Source: Caldisericaceae bacterium
GTDB taxonomy: Bacteria; Caldisericota; Caldisericia; Caldisericales; Caldisericaceae
Assembly (NCBI GenBank): GCA_049967855.1
Contig: JBMFRX010000006.1
Location: forward strand, 1-64,000
Length of the DNA stretch: 64,000 nucleotides
Reading direction: 5' to 3'
The notes under the pieces were generated by a model that worked only from the letters and a program-made list of their open reading frames with translations, was not told the origin of the DNA and did no database searches. Shown one piece after another: positions 47,811-57,501 of the stretch. The translations under genes were made by a program, and so were the position numbers. How positions within the stretch are numbered: position 1 is the stretch's first letter; each line of letters starts with the position of its first letter.

Positions 47811-49127
47811 ATGATAGTAATAAAAAACGCCATTGCAATAACCCTTTGTGAAAACAGCGCAATTTGGAATGCTCAGATTGAAATAGAAGATGGCATAATC
47901 AAGTACGTTGGTAAAGAGAGAAAAGTCGAAGGTTCTTTGGAATCAGTGATTGATGCATCGAAAATGATTGTTATGCCTGGTTTTGTAAATGCTCATTCGC
48001 ATCTTGCGATGACTCTTATGAGAGGCATTGCAGATGATGTAACGCTTTACGATTGGCTATACAATTACATATTTCCAATTGAGAATAGCCTTTCCGAAGA
48101 AGATGTTTATTTTGGAACTATGTTAGCCCTTGCAGAATCTATACATTCGGGGACAACAACAATTTCTGATTTTTATATGTTTCCTTCATCTTCTTATCAA
48201 GCTATAAGCGAATCGGGCTTGCGAGGAAACGTGGGCATCTCGTACGCGTCGAAGGAGAGTATGAGAGATTCAGAAGTTCTCAAGAATGTAGAGACTACCT
48301 ATGACAATCTCGTTAAACAAAAATCAAAAAACATTAAAGTCAGCATTGCGCCGCACGCTCCATACACCTGCTCTATTGAGCTATTGAAAGGAAGTTCGGT
48401 TTTTGCAAAGAATAGCGGAGCTGTTATCCAGATACATCTTCATGAAACAAAAAAAGAAGTGTCAGACTTCGTTGAAAGGTATGAGAAAACACCAATTGAA
48501 TTATTGGAAGAAATGGGATTTCTTGAGAACAAGGTTGCTGCATCTCATTGTGTTTGGGTAAATGAAAGTGACCTCAAAATTTTGAGCGATCAGAAGGTGA
48601 ACGTTGTCGTTAATCCTCAGAGTAATCTCAAGCTTGCTTCTGGGTTCCCGCCAATAAACAAATTTATTGAATACGGAATTCCTGTTTCCATTGGGACCGA
48701 TGGCGCCTCTTCTAACAATAATCTTGCAGTATTGGAAGATATGAGATTAGCCTCGCTCGTTGCAAAAGGAATATCACTAAATCCTCAAACTGTAACTGCA
48801 GGAGACGGTTTAAGAATGGCTACAAAAAACGGCGCAGTTGCACTTGGATATGATAATGTTGGGCTCATAAAGGAAGGCTACCAGGCGGATTTGATTTTCA
48901 TAGATGTGAGAAAGCCAAATTTAACCCCTCTTACAAACCCTTTATCGCTCGTTGCCTATTCTATGTATCCTAGGGATATAAGCTCAGTAATGGTGGCTGG
49001 TAAGTTCGTTATGAGAGACGGCATAATAACAACTTTTGATGAACAATATGTTATGGAAAAAGCCCAGGATAGATTTGAAAGACTTTCAAAGCTTGTTAAT
49101 AAAAATACCAACAATACCTCTGGCTAA
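47811..49127 (+). CDS. mtaD: MTA/SAH deaminase (amidohydrolase)
   Basis: PGFVNAHSH, APHAPYT, IHLHET, HCV, SNLKLASG, GTDGASSNN; operon context. Confidence 0.85.
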   Translation: MIVIKNAIAITLCENSAIWNAQIEIEDGIIKYVGKERKVEGSLESVIDASKMIVMPGFVNAHSHLAMTLMRGIADDVTLYDWLYNYIFPIENSLSEEDVYFGTMLALAESIHSGTTTISDFYMFPSSSYQAISESGLRGNVGISYASKESMRDSEVLKNVETTYDNLVKQKSKNIKVSIAPHAPYTCSIELLKGSSVFAKNSGAVIQIHLHETKKEVSDFVERYEKTPIELLEEMGFLENKVAASHCVWVNESDLKILSDQKVNVVVNPQSNLKLASGFPPINKFIEYGIPVSIGTDGASSNNNLAVLEDMRLASLVAKGISLNPQTVTAGDGLRMATKNGAVALGYDNVGLIKEGYQADLIFIDVRKPNLTPLTNPLSLVAYSMYPRDISSVMVAGKFVMRDGIITTFDEQYVMEKAQDRFERLSKLVNKNTNNTSG

Positions 49128-49712
49128 AGAGACTTCGATTGTATTGCTAACTGAAATATTGCTCAGGGTAAGAGTGTTGCCATAAACCAGAGTTTTGTGT
49201 GCTATGTTGTATTTGAAGCCTCTGGTAAATACAACCCGTGACTTTTGCGTTATTGGGACAATTGAGATGGTTGCATTCCTGGGTACCTGCATTTTGAAGT
49301 GGCCGTTTGTAAAATAAATGTCTTCGGACTGCTCTGATATGCTGCAACTGACGCCTAAGCGCAAGCATTTTGCAAGGAGCGAGATATTAAACAGCAGGTG
49401 GTCAGTTCTTCCGCCAAGCATATCTGTTAAGACGATTTCATTAGGTTTCAGTTCAACTGCATACTTTAGAGCAAGTTCTGTATCAGAATAGTCCTTTTGC
49501 CTTGGGTATTCAATTGAACGAATGTTTCTGATTAAATCCCTGTTAGAGATGGAATCAAAATCGCCAATTGCAACTTGAAAAGGTATTTTATAGTTTATTA
49601 GGGTCTCAGCTCCACCGTCAACGCCAATAATCAGTTCTGAGCCATCGCAGAGCTTGGTTAAGAAATCGTAACTGTTTTTTGCTCCGTTCCCTACAATGAT
49701 TATTTTCTTCAT
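49086..49712 (-). CDS. thiN: Thiamine pyrophosphokinase
   Basis: VDGG, GDFDS, KDYSDTELA, GGRTDH, LSN. Confidence 0.9.
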   Translation of the reverse strand: MKKIIIVGNGAKNSYDFLTKLCDGSELIIGVDGGAETLINYKIPFQVAIGDFDSISNRDLIRNIRSIEYPRQKDYSDTELALKYAVELKPNEIVLTDMLGGRTDHLLFNISLLAKCLRLGVSCSISEQSEDIYFTNGHFKMQVPRNATISIVPITQKSRVVFTRGFKYNIAHKTLVYGNTLTLSNISVSNTIEVSLARGIVGIFINKL

Positions 49713-49798
49713 TGATTTATTATAGTGACGTTGCTTTTTATTGCAAAGCTAGTAAAATATAATAACTTTAGTAAATTTAATGTTGATAGGAGGCTGAA

Positions 49799-50035
49799 AT
49801 GGGACAATTTTTTACAGGAACATATTTCAGTGAAATTCCTGTGTTTGTTTTTGGAGTGTGGGGAGGGGTTTTGCTTGTCGAACTTATTCTGGCAATTTCG
49901 ACGGCTGTTGTTGCGGCGCACAAGGGAAGAAACGGCTTTGGCTGGTTTTTGATTGGGCTTTTTACAGGCATCGTTGGGCTTGCTATAATACTTGTGGCGC
50001 TTCCGAAACGATACTATTTTGACGAAGAAGAGTAA
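49799..50035 (+). CDS. Small membrane protein
   Basis: GGAGG SD; A..KGR...GWF..G.F......L..LP pattern. Confidence 0.6.
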   Translation: MGQFFTGTYFSEIPVFVFGVWGGVLLVELILAISTAVVAAHKGRNGFGWFLIGLFTGIVGLAIILVALPKRYYFDEEE

Positions 50036-50036
50036 G

Positions 50037-50861
50037 ATGAAAATTTTTATTGACTCTGCAAATATTGAAGAAATTGAAGAGGCAATTTCCTGGGGCATAG
50101 TTGACGGGGTTACTACAAACCCTTCCCTCATTAAAAAGGCTGCAAATTACTTCATTGAGAGAGGAAAAGTAATTTCAATGGAGGAATACCTGAAGCAACT
50201 CGTTAAGGTAAGCGGCCCCAAAAGGCCTGTGAGCCTTGAAGTGATACACACCGACTTTGAAGGAATTGTAAGCGATGCAAAAAAGCTTTTTGAAAAGTTC
50301 AATCCAGTTGCTCAAAATGTTGTGATAAAGGTTCCTGTCAACCCTTCTGTTCAGAAAGGTGGATTGAATGATTTTGATGGTCTTAAAGCGATAGCAGTCT
50401 TGTCTCACGAAGGTATTCCTGTGAACGCCACTTTGATTATGAACCCAACGCAGGCTATTCTTGCAGCAAAGGCTGGTGCTTTCTATGTAAGTCCTTTTGC
50501 AGGAAGAGTCGATGATTACATTAGGGAATCTGCGGGAATTGAATTTAAGAAGGAAGATTACTACCCTGAAGGCGGCCTTGAATATGAAGATAGCGTGTTG
50601 ATGGATGAAGGAATTGTAAGTGGTGTGCATCTTGTTGAAACAATCAAAGTTATCTTCGAGCATTACAGCTTAAAAGCGGAAGTCATTGCTGCGAGTGTGA
50701 GAAATGTGCGTCAGGTTTATGAACTTGCAGAAACTGGAACCGAAATAGCAACAATTCCTTTTAGCGTGATAAAACGGATGGTAGTGCATGAAAAAACGTA
50801 CGAAGGTATGAGAAATTTCGTTAAGGACACGATAGTTGATTATTCCGAACTATTTAAATAA
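50037..50861 (+). CDS. Transaldolase/FSA-family protein
   Basis: FIDSA, GVTTNPSL, VIKVP, N.TL, SPFAGR.DD, AASVR; adjacent to transketolase. Confidence 0.9.
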   Translation: MKIFIDSANIEEIEEAISWGIVDGVTTNPSLIKKAANYFIERGKVISMEEYLKQLVKVSGPKRPVSLEVIHTDFEGIVSDAKKLFEKFNPVAQNVVIKVPVNPSVQKGGLNDFDGLKAIAVLSHEGIPVNATLIMNPTQAILAAKAGAFYVSPFAGRVDDYIRESAGIEFKKEDYYPEGGLEYEDSVLMDEGIVSGVHLVETIKVIFEHYSLKAEVIAASVRNVRQVYELAETGTEIATIPFSVIKRMVVHEKTYEGMRNFVKDTIVDYSELFK

Positions 50862-50885
50862 ATTCAATATCATTGAAAGGAGAAA

Positions 50886-53195
50886 TTGGAAATGAAAGCA
50901 GACGAAAATGAATTGAGGCACTATGAGAAAATAGGAGATGCAGTTGACTCTTTGATTGACATCATGCTCAATTACAGACAAAGCGGGCACCCGGGTGGGT
51001 CACGTTCGAAGATGCATATGTTGGTAACACTAATGCTCTCTGGCAATATGCGTTACGACATAAGACACCCAGAAAAAAGATTTGGCGATAAGTTTATACT
51101 CGCTGCTGGCCACACGATACCCCTTGTTTATGCAACCTTAGCTGTTCTAAATGGAGTGATGGATGCAAAATACAAAGAAACAAAAGAAGAGCGTTTCCAT
51201 CTAAATCGAGAGCTTGCTTTAATGCCTGAAGACCTCCTTGGTTTCAGACGCAACAAAGGACTTTCAGGGCATGCAGAATACTCCGGGAAAACTTTATTTC
51301 TTAAATTCAATACCGGACCTTCTGGACATGGAATAACTGCTGCAGCGGGAGAAGCTCTTGCTTTGAAGAGAGCAAAAGCCAATGGGGTAAAGGTTATTGC
51401 AATTGAGGGTGATGCAGGGCTGACACCTGGCGGTTTTCATGAAACTGCAAATTCGGCGTGGGGACTTGGACTTGACAACCTTTTCTTCCTGATTGACTGG
51501 AATGATTATGGAATCGACGATCATCCTGTAAAAAGCACCGTTTTCGGAACACCTAATGATTGGTTTGGAAGCCATGGTTGGAGAGTAATTGGCACAAATA
51601 ATGGAAGTGACTTCAAAGATGTCTATGAAACAGAGAGTGAGCTTTTTGATGCGGGAAAGGTTATAAAAAATGTTCCCAATGTATCCTGGTTTAAGACGCG
51701 AAAAGGAAGAGGTTACCTGAAGTATGATAACGCATCTCACGGTGCTCCACATAAGATGAATTCAGACCTTTTCTGGGAAACAAAAAAAGAGTTTCAAAAC
51801 AAATACAACGTAGTTTTCTCAGGCTTCGGGAAAGAGGCTCCAAAAAGCGAAGAAGAGATATACAAGCAGTTCGGTGAGAATATCGATGTTGTAATGAAAG
51901 TTTTGCTTGCTGATAAAGAGCTTGTGGACTTCGTAGCAAACAGACTTGTTGAGATTGGTGATTCTGTTCCTGAAGAAATTGAAGGGTTTGAATTGAAGTC
52001 GAATCCTACACTTGATAAGAATTTATCTGATTTTGAAAACTATCCGTCAGACCTTTATGCAAAGGCAGGGTCCAAGGTTGCTAACAGGGAAGCCTTTAGC
52101 AAGTGGGGCGAATGGGTTAACGCTTACTGTGCAGAAAAATATGGTAGGCCACTATTCCTGGCAATGTCGGCCGATCTTGCAGATTCAACACAGATTTCAG
52201 GATTTGCGAAGCCTTTTGGAAACTTCAAAGGATATGGTTGGTACAGCAAGGAAAACAATCCCGACGGAGTGCTCTTGCCACAGGAGATAACTGAATTTGT
52301 CAATTCTGGTATCTCTGCAGGAATTGCTACAGTTAACTTTTCGAAAGAGCCCTTCAAGGAATTTAATGGATTCTATTCGGCAAGCTCTACTTACGGGTCG
52401 TTTGCATATCTAAAGTATGGAATGATGAGGCTCTTTTCCCAGCTAAACCAGGACTGTGAGGTAAAAGCAGGAAAAACTATCTGGGTGATGGGGCATTCTG
52501 GCCCTGAGACCGCTGACGATTCAAGAACTCACTTTGGCATATTTGCTCCTGGAGTGAGAGACTTGTTTCCCGAAGGGCATGTGCTTGACCTCGTTCCCTG
52601 GGAGGCAAATGAGGTGCCAGTGCTCCTGGGAAGAGCTATGGAACTAAGCTTTCCTATTATAGCGCTTGTTCTTACAAGACCTGCTATTACAATCCCTGAC
52701 AGGGCTGCCCTCGGACTTGGTTCGCACTTCGAAGCAGCTCATGGAGCTTATGTGCTTAAGGACTTCGAGCCAGGCTTGGCTTTTATGGGAACAGTCATTG
52801 TTCAAGGGACAAGTTCCACTGATTCTGTTGTTAAGATAATTGACGAACTCAGGAAAGCTAAGTTGAATGTCAGGATTGTTTCTGTGCCGAGTTATGAGTT
52901 GTTCAGACTTGAACCAAAGGAATATAAAGACAAGGTTTTGCCATGGAAGATGTTGAACGACGCGATGGTTATAACAAACGAATCTTTAAAGTTAATGCAC
53001 CACTGGATTGCAAACCCCATTGTTAGCGAGTATTCTCTTTCGTCTGATTGGGATAACAGATGGAGAACAGGCGGAACTCTTGATGAGGTTATAGAAGAGG
53101 CTCATCTTGACCCAAAGCATGTTTTCGAAGGGATAGAGAAGTTCGTTCGCGATAGAGAACTGAGACTATCAAGGCTTAGAGAGATTGTTGAATAA
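50886..53195 (+). CDS. Transketolase (long, divergent type)
   Basis: SGHPGGS, DKFILAAGH, L.GH, NTGPSGHG, GDA...WND TPP-site variant, SADL, THFG. Confidence 0.85.
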   Translation: MEMKADENELRHYEKIGDAVDSLIDIMLNYRQSGHPGGSRSKMHMLVTLMLSGNMRYDIRHPEKRFGDKFILAAGHTIPLVYATLAVLNGVMDAKYKETKEERFHLNRELALMPEDLLGFRRNKGLSGHAEYSGKTLFLKFNTGPSGHGITAAAGEALALKRAKANGVKVIAIEGDAGLTPGGFHETANSAWGLGLDNLFFLIDWNDYGIDDHPVKSTVFGTPNDWFGSHGWRVIGTNNGSDFKDVYETESELFDAGKVIKNVPNVSWFKTRKGRGYLKYDNASHGAPHKMNSDLFWETKKEFQNKYNVVFSGFGKEAPKSEEEIYKQFGENIDVVMKVLLADKELVDFVANRLVEIGDSVPEEIEGFELKSNPTLDKNLSDFENYPSDLYAKAGSKVANREAFSKWGEWVNAYCAEKYGRPLFLAMSADLADSTQISGFAKPFGNFKGYGWYSKENNPDGVLLPQEITEFVNSGISAGIATVNFSKEPFKEFNGFYSASSTYGSFAYLKYGMMRLFSQLNQDCEVKAGKTIWVMGHSGPETADDSRTHFGIFAPGVRDLFPEGHVLDLVPWEANEVPVLLGRAMELSFPIIALVLTRPAITIPDRAALGLGSHFEAAHGAYVLKDFEPGLAFMGTVIVQGTSSTDSVVKIIDELRKAKLNVRIVSVPSYELFRLEPKEYKDKVLPWKMLNDAMVITNESLKLMHHWIANPIVSEYSLSSDWDNRWRTGGTLDEVIEEAHLDPKHVFEGIEKFVRDRELRLSRLREIVE

Positions 53196-53200
53196 ACTTG

Positions 53201-53232
53201 AAGGAGAGGAAGCCGCACTTCCTCTCCTTTTT
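53201..53232 (+). terminator. Rho-independent terminator after transketolase
   Basis: AAGGAGAGGAAG-CCGCA-CTTCCTCTCCTT-TTT. Confidence 0.75.
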
Positions 53233-53240
53233 GCTCTGTT

Positions 53241-53804
53241 ATGAAGAAAGAAGTCAAAACTTCAAATTTTAGCTCAATTTTGCATCCTTTTCAGGCAACT
53301 CTCTTGACGACAAAAGGAAGCAACGGCAAGGAAAATATAATTTCAATTGCCTGGATGATGCCAATAGGCGTAGCCCCTCCAGCTCTAGTTTTTGCAATCA
53401 GGAAAGAAAGATATTCTTATAAACTCCTCTGTGAGAGGGAAGAGTTCGTTGTAAACATACCCAGTTTTGACTTACTTGAGCAAACTATGTATGCGGGCAC
53501 TAAAAGCGGTAAGCAGATTGATAAATTCATCAAGACAGGGCTTACAAGGGGTAAGGCAAGAGTTGTTAGTGTGCCTATAATTCAAGAATGCATTGCACAT
53601 ATTGAGTGTATGGTGAGAGATAAAATTGATAGTGGCCTTGACCATGTTCTTGTGATAGGCAATGTAGTTGCCTGCTATGCGGAGAGCGATTATTTTGACA
53701 AGAAGTGGATTACTGAGAAGGTAAATTTATTGCTGCATCTTGGTGGAGATATTTTTACAACCAATCCAAGCAAAAGTTTCAAGGCAAACATTCCGAATAA
53801 ATGA
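53241..53804 (+). CDS. Flavin reductase-like (flavoredoxin) protein
   Basis: N....AW, EFVVN.P, G.KSG...DKF, P.I.EC...EC, H. Confidence 0.85.
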   Translation: MKKEVKTSNFSSILHPFQATLLTTKGSNGKENIISIAWMMPIGVAPPALVFAIRKERYSYKLLCEREEFVVNIPSFDLLEQTMYAGTKSGKQIDKFIKTGLTRGKARVVSVPIIQECIAHIECMVRDKIDSGLDHVLVIGNVVACYAESDYFDKKWITEKVNLLLHLGGDIFTTNPSKSFKANIPNK

Positions 53805-53870
53805 GATGGTTTTATTAAAGTTGCTTTCTGATTATAATATCTGGTAGTTTTACTTAAGGAGATTAATATT

Positions 53871-54503
53871 ATGACTGCAAATTTGACTAGTTATTTGGAA
53901 GAACTTATTTTTTATGTTATACCTGCCGTTCTTTTAGTTATGACTCTGCATGAATTTGGGCACGCCTATGCAGCATACAAAATGGGCGATGAAACTGCAA
54001 AGAGTGAAGGAAGGCTTTCCTTGAATCCTTTGAGACATATAGATCCGATAGGATTGATAAGCCTTATTTTGTTTAGATTTGGATGGGGAAAGCCAGTGCC
54101 TGTTGATTTTACTGCACTGAAGAATCTTCGCTGGGGAATGATCATTGTATCCCTTGCAGGGCCTTTAATGAATTTTCTTACAGCACTTGCGTTGTCCCCC
54201 TTGTATAAGTTGATGCTAAAATCCTCTGTAATGCTTTCTGGTTTTTCTTATTTCATCACGCTTGTTCAATACATAATCGTTTTTAGCGTCTACCTTGGAA
54301 TTTTCAACCTGATACCAATTCCTCCGCTCGATGGCTCAAAGGTTGTTTTTGCTTTTACAAAGAAGCCTCTAAGATTTCTTTTTGACGATTCTCTAAACTG
54401 GTACGGGATGATTTTCCTCTTAGTGTTGATTGTAGTACCATTCTTTAATTTCTCTGGCATTCTTGTGCGCATTTTCACTCCCGTATTAAATTTCTTACTC
54501 TAG
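53871..54503 (+). CDS. Site-2 protease family (M50) peptidase
   Basis: HEFGH, AGP..N, FNLIPIPPLDG. Confidence 0.92.
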   Translation: MTANLTSYLEELIFYVIPAVLLVMTLHEFGHAYAAYKMGDETAKSEGRLSLNPLRHIDPIGLISLILFRFGWGKPVPVDFTALKNLRWGMIIVSLAGPLMNFLTALALSPLYKLMLKSSVMLSGFSYFITLVQYIIVFSVYLGIFNLIPIPPLDGSKVVFAFTKKPLRFLFDDSLNWYGMIFLLVLIVVPFFNFSGILVRIFTPVLNFLL

Positions 54504-54515
54504 GAGGAACCGCAA

Positions 54516-55490
54516 ATGGATAGAGTAGTTAGTGGTATGAGGCCAACTGGCCAGCTGCATATAGGACACCTTGTAGGAGCGCTGGAAAACTATCTTAAAT
54601 TGCAGAGCAAATATGAATCTTTCTTTTTTATCGCAGACCTTCACGCTCTTACAACTATTTATGAAGAGACCGCAAGAATAAGCGAGAACAGGATAGAGGT
54701 TATGTTAGACTGGCTTTCAGTTGGAATTGACCCCAAGAAAGCTACGCTTTTTATCCAGTCAAAAGTTCCTGAGCACACTTATCTTCATCTGTTACTTTCG
54801 ATGATAGTCCCTCTTCCCTGGGTGGAACGAAATACAACTGTAAAGGAAATGATTAGAGACTTAAGCCTTAAGGAAAATGCCTCTTATGGTTTGCTGGGAT
54901 ACCCCATCCTTATGACCTCTGATATAATAATTTACAATGCAAAATACGTTCCCGTTGGCAAAGACCAGGTTCACCATCTTGAGATTGCCCGCGAGATTGT
55001 GAGGCGCTTTAACGGCCTTTATGGAGAACTATTTGTTGAACCTGAAGCTCTTCTGACAGAATTCTCTAACGTTCCAGGAGTGGATGGAAAGAAGATGTCC
55101 AAGAGCCTTGATAACGATATTAAAATAGCCGATTCGGAAGAGACTACAACGAAGAGAATAATGAGTGCAATCACCGACCCTGCTAAAGTTAAGTTGCATG
55201 ATAAGGGACATCCAGAGATTTGTGTTGTTTACAAATACCAGACTATTTTTAACAAGGAAGATGCCCCTTCGATAATGAAGGATTGTAAGAGTGGCAATCT
55301 GGGCTGTGTTGCCTGCAAAAGAATGCTTGCTCAAAAAATAAATGAGGAGCTTCGCCAAATCCGTATTAGGAGAGAAGCACTTTTGAAAGAGAAAGACTCC
55401 GTCGAGGATATTTTCGAAGAGGGAAGCAAGAAAGCACGGGAAGTTGCAGGAGCAACCCTTGAAAAGGCTCTTACTCTGATGAAGTTGTAG
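54516..55490 (+). CDS. trpS: Tryptophan--tRNA ligase
   Basis: SGMRPTG.LHIGH, ADLHA, VPVGKDQ, KMSKS. Confidence 0.96.
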   Translation: MDRVVSGMRPTGQLHIGHLVGALENYLKLQSKYESFFFIADLHALTTIYEETARISENRIEVMLDWLSVGIDPKKATLFIQSKVPEHTYLHLLLSMIVPLPWVERNTTVKEMIRDLSLKENASYGLLGYPILMTSDIIIYNAKYVPVGKDQVHHLEIAREIVRRFNGLYGELFVEPEALLTEFSNVPGVDGKKMSKSLDNDIKIADSEETTTKRIMSAITDPAKVKLHDKGHPEICVVYKYQTIFNKEDAPSIMKDCKSGNLGCVACKRMLAQKINEELRQIRIRREALLKEKDSVEDIFEEGSKKAREVAGATLEKALTLMKL

Positions 55491-55493
55491 CAG

Positions 55494-56150
55494 ATGGACG
55501 ATATTAGCCAGATACTCGAATACGCTGAAAAAGACAGACGCAGTTTACTCACAGTAAATCTTGTAAAGGTTATTGAAAACTCTTTTGCAGATTTTGATGA
55601 TATGATTGGATTTGAAGCATCAGGGATGTTGCTTACTCTTAGTTTTCTTGTCAAACTCAAGTCCGAGCTACTACTGCTACTTTTCAGCCTTGAAAGTTTT
55701 GCAAAGCGTAATCCGTCCAAATTGCTTGAGGACGACCCTGAGGTCATAGAGATTTTCTCTGTACTGAAAAAAAGTTTCGACTCTAAAAAAATCGAGAGGT
55801 CAAGCTATGTTGAGACAGACTCTCTTGATGAAATTCCCTTTGCGAGACTTTCACGAGTGGTGAAAGAAATCCTTGAAAGAGAAAAATATTTTGAACACAG
55901 GACCATTGAAAAAAACGATATTTCTATAACAGAGGTCATTGCTAAACTCAAAGATTTGCTTACCGAGGAAGAAACCGTCTCATTTGAAGCACTTCTTGAG
56001 AGCCTTTCAACACGAATAGAAATTGTTGTAACGTTTCTTGCTGTTCTTGTACTTGCTAAGAACAAATTTTTGGTCGTGAGGCAGGATGACCCATTTGCTC
56101 CAATATATCTCAAGAGAAATGAAGAAGGAAGAGTATCTGTCAGCAATTGA
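55494..56150 (+). CDS. scpA: Segregation/condensation protein A (divergent)
   Basis: L..LKS..LL and IVVTFLAVL.L......V.Q...F.PI; upstream of scpB. Confidence 0.75.
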   Translation: MDDISQILEYAEKDRRSLLTVNLVKVIENSFADFDDMIGFEASGMLLTLSFLVKLKSELLLLLFSLESFAKRNPSKLLEDDPEVIEIFSVLKKSFDSKKIERSSYVETDSLDEIPFARLSRVVKEILEREKYFEHRTIEKNDISITEVIAKLKDLLTEEETVSFEALLESLSTRIEIVVTFLAVLVLAKNKFLVVRQDDPFAPIYLKRNEEGRVSVSN

Positions 56151-56622
56151 AGCAATACTTTTTGTTTCAAGCAAACCTTTGAAGTTGTCGAGCTTGAGCG
56201 AGGCGCTTTCGCTTGACACTCAAACAACAAGGAATCTTGTATCTCAATTGGATAGCTCACTAAAGGAAAGAGGTTTCGTACTGCAAATTGAAAATGAAAG
56301 CTACTCCTTAATTCCAAACGAGAAGTTTAGAAGGTATTACGAGAAGTTTATAAGAAAAAAGCATCAGCCTTTTTCAAGAGAGCTACTCGAAGTAATTGCG
56401 ATTCTTGTAAAGGGCAGACAAACAAAAGATTATATCAACAAACTCAGAGGCGTTAACTCTACGAGAAGTATTAACTCATTGCTCAGAAGAGGATATGTGA
56501 GCAAGGAATTTATTGAAGGCAGTATCTATTACTCTCTGACAGAGAATTGTCTCAGGTTGATTAACCCTGATGCGAAGAAAAAGATAAAGAACCCGAGCCT
56601 TTTCAATGTAGAGAAAAAGTAA
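56119..56622 (+). CDS. scpB: Segregation/condensation protein B (divergent)
   Basis: IEAILFVS..PL, LE..AI, I..LRGVNS...I..L. Confidence 0.78.
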   Translation: MKKEEYLSAIEAILFVSSKPLKLSSLSEALSLDTQTTRNLVSQLDSSLKERGFVLQIENESYSLIPNEKFRRYYEKFIRKKHQPFSRELLEVIAILVKGRQTKDYINKLRGVNSTRSINSLLRRGYVSKEFIEGSIYYSLTENCLRLINPDAKKKIKNPSLFNVEKK

Positions 56623-56627
56623 GTTAG

Positions 56628-56770
56628 TTATCCACACTATGCACAAGTGATTGTGTATAATTTCTGAATCGTTCTTTGAAGCGTTTTTATGTATAACTCA
56701 ACGAACTCCATAAAAGCTTATTAGAACAAGGACCAACTTGTGCAAATCTCTGTGCAAAATATGTGCGTTT
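56628..56770. promoter_or_regulatory. Cluster of DnaA boxes (candidate oriC or DnaA-titration site)
   Basis: TTATCCACA 56628, CTATGCACA 56637, TGTGTATAA 56652, TATGTATAA 56688, TGTGCAAAT 56739, TGTGCAAAA 56751. Confidence 0.6.
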
Positions 56771-56861
56771 GGAATAAAATCAAACGAAGAGGTGTGACAT
56801 TTCACAATCCTTTGAGAATCTCGCGTTTGGTATTATAATATTTGTGGCACTATTACTGTTT

Positions 56862-57212
56862 GGGGGTGCTGGGGCTCGACGGATAAGTAGAGCATATCGA
56901 AGCAGGCAGAGGATGGTGGTTGGCCTCTTAAATCACCCACCAAAAAATATAAACGCCGATTATAATTACGCATTAGCTGCATAGTTCAGCTAACGTCTCA
57001 GGAAGTCTCCACCTGTAGGACTCCTGAAGACGTAGGCATGCAGGCCTTGCGGTGCTGGTAGCTCGGGCCGACATCGCAAAGTATAAGTCGGGATATAGGA
57101 ATTGCCCCTGTCGTTCGGGTGCACTTCCAGAATAATAAAGATCGACTAAGCCTGTAGTCGTCGATATGGGCCACTTACTCGGACGCGGGTTCAACTCCCG
57201 CCACCTCCACCA
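56862..57212 (+). ncRNA. ssrA: tmRNA; tag (A)ADYNYALAA
   Basis: GGGGGTG/CACCTCC-A-CCA acceptor with G3-U, GGCTCGAC at the 5' end, GGGTTCAACTCCC T-arm, tag ORF 56955-56984. Confidence 0.96.
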
Positions 57213-57501
57213 TTTTATAGATAAAATTTAATTATTTATGATTGATTTCTCAAAATCTTGCGGGGGGTTTGTTTGTGTGAAAGTTCTTTGATATGCTACT
57301 TAAAGCATTTTAATTGTTATAAGGCGTTTCCCTATGATTCTTAGAGAAATAATTTCTTTTGGCTAAAGCCTATCTATAAAAAATCCTTACCCCATCATTT
57401 TGATGAGATTATCAGCAAGCTCTCTTTTTTAGAATAGTTATCTTGACTTCATAGGCAGGGATTGTTACTCTTAGGGAAACCAAATTGCAGATGCCGAAAA
57501 A

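Noticed and set aside
56793..56806. TGTGA-CATT-TCACA as a CRP or Rex site
   Set aside because: The 4-bp spacer fits neither consensus.
56973..57194. 73-aa minus-strand ORF
   Set aside because: Antisense to tmRNA.
57213..57500. Integrated element at the tmRNA 3' end
   Set aside because: No integrase and no duplicated ssrA 3' end were seen.
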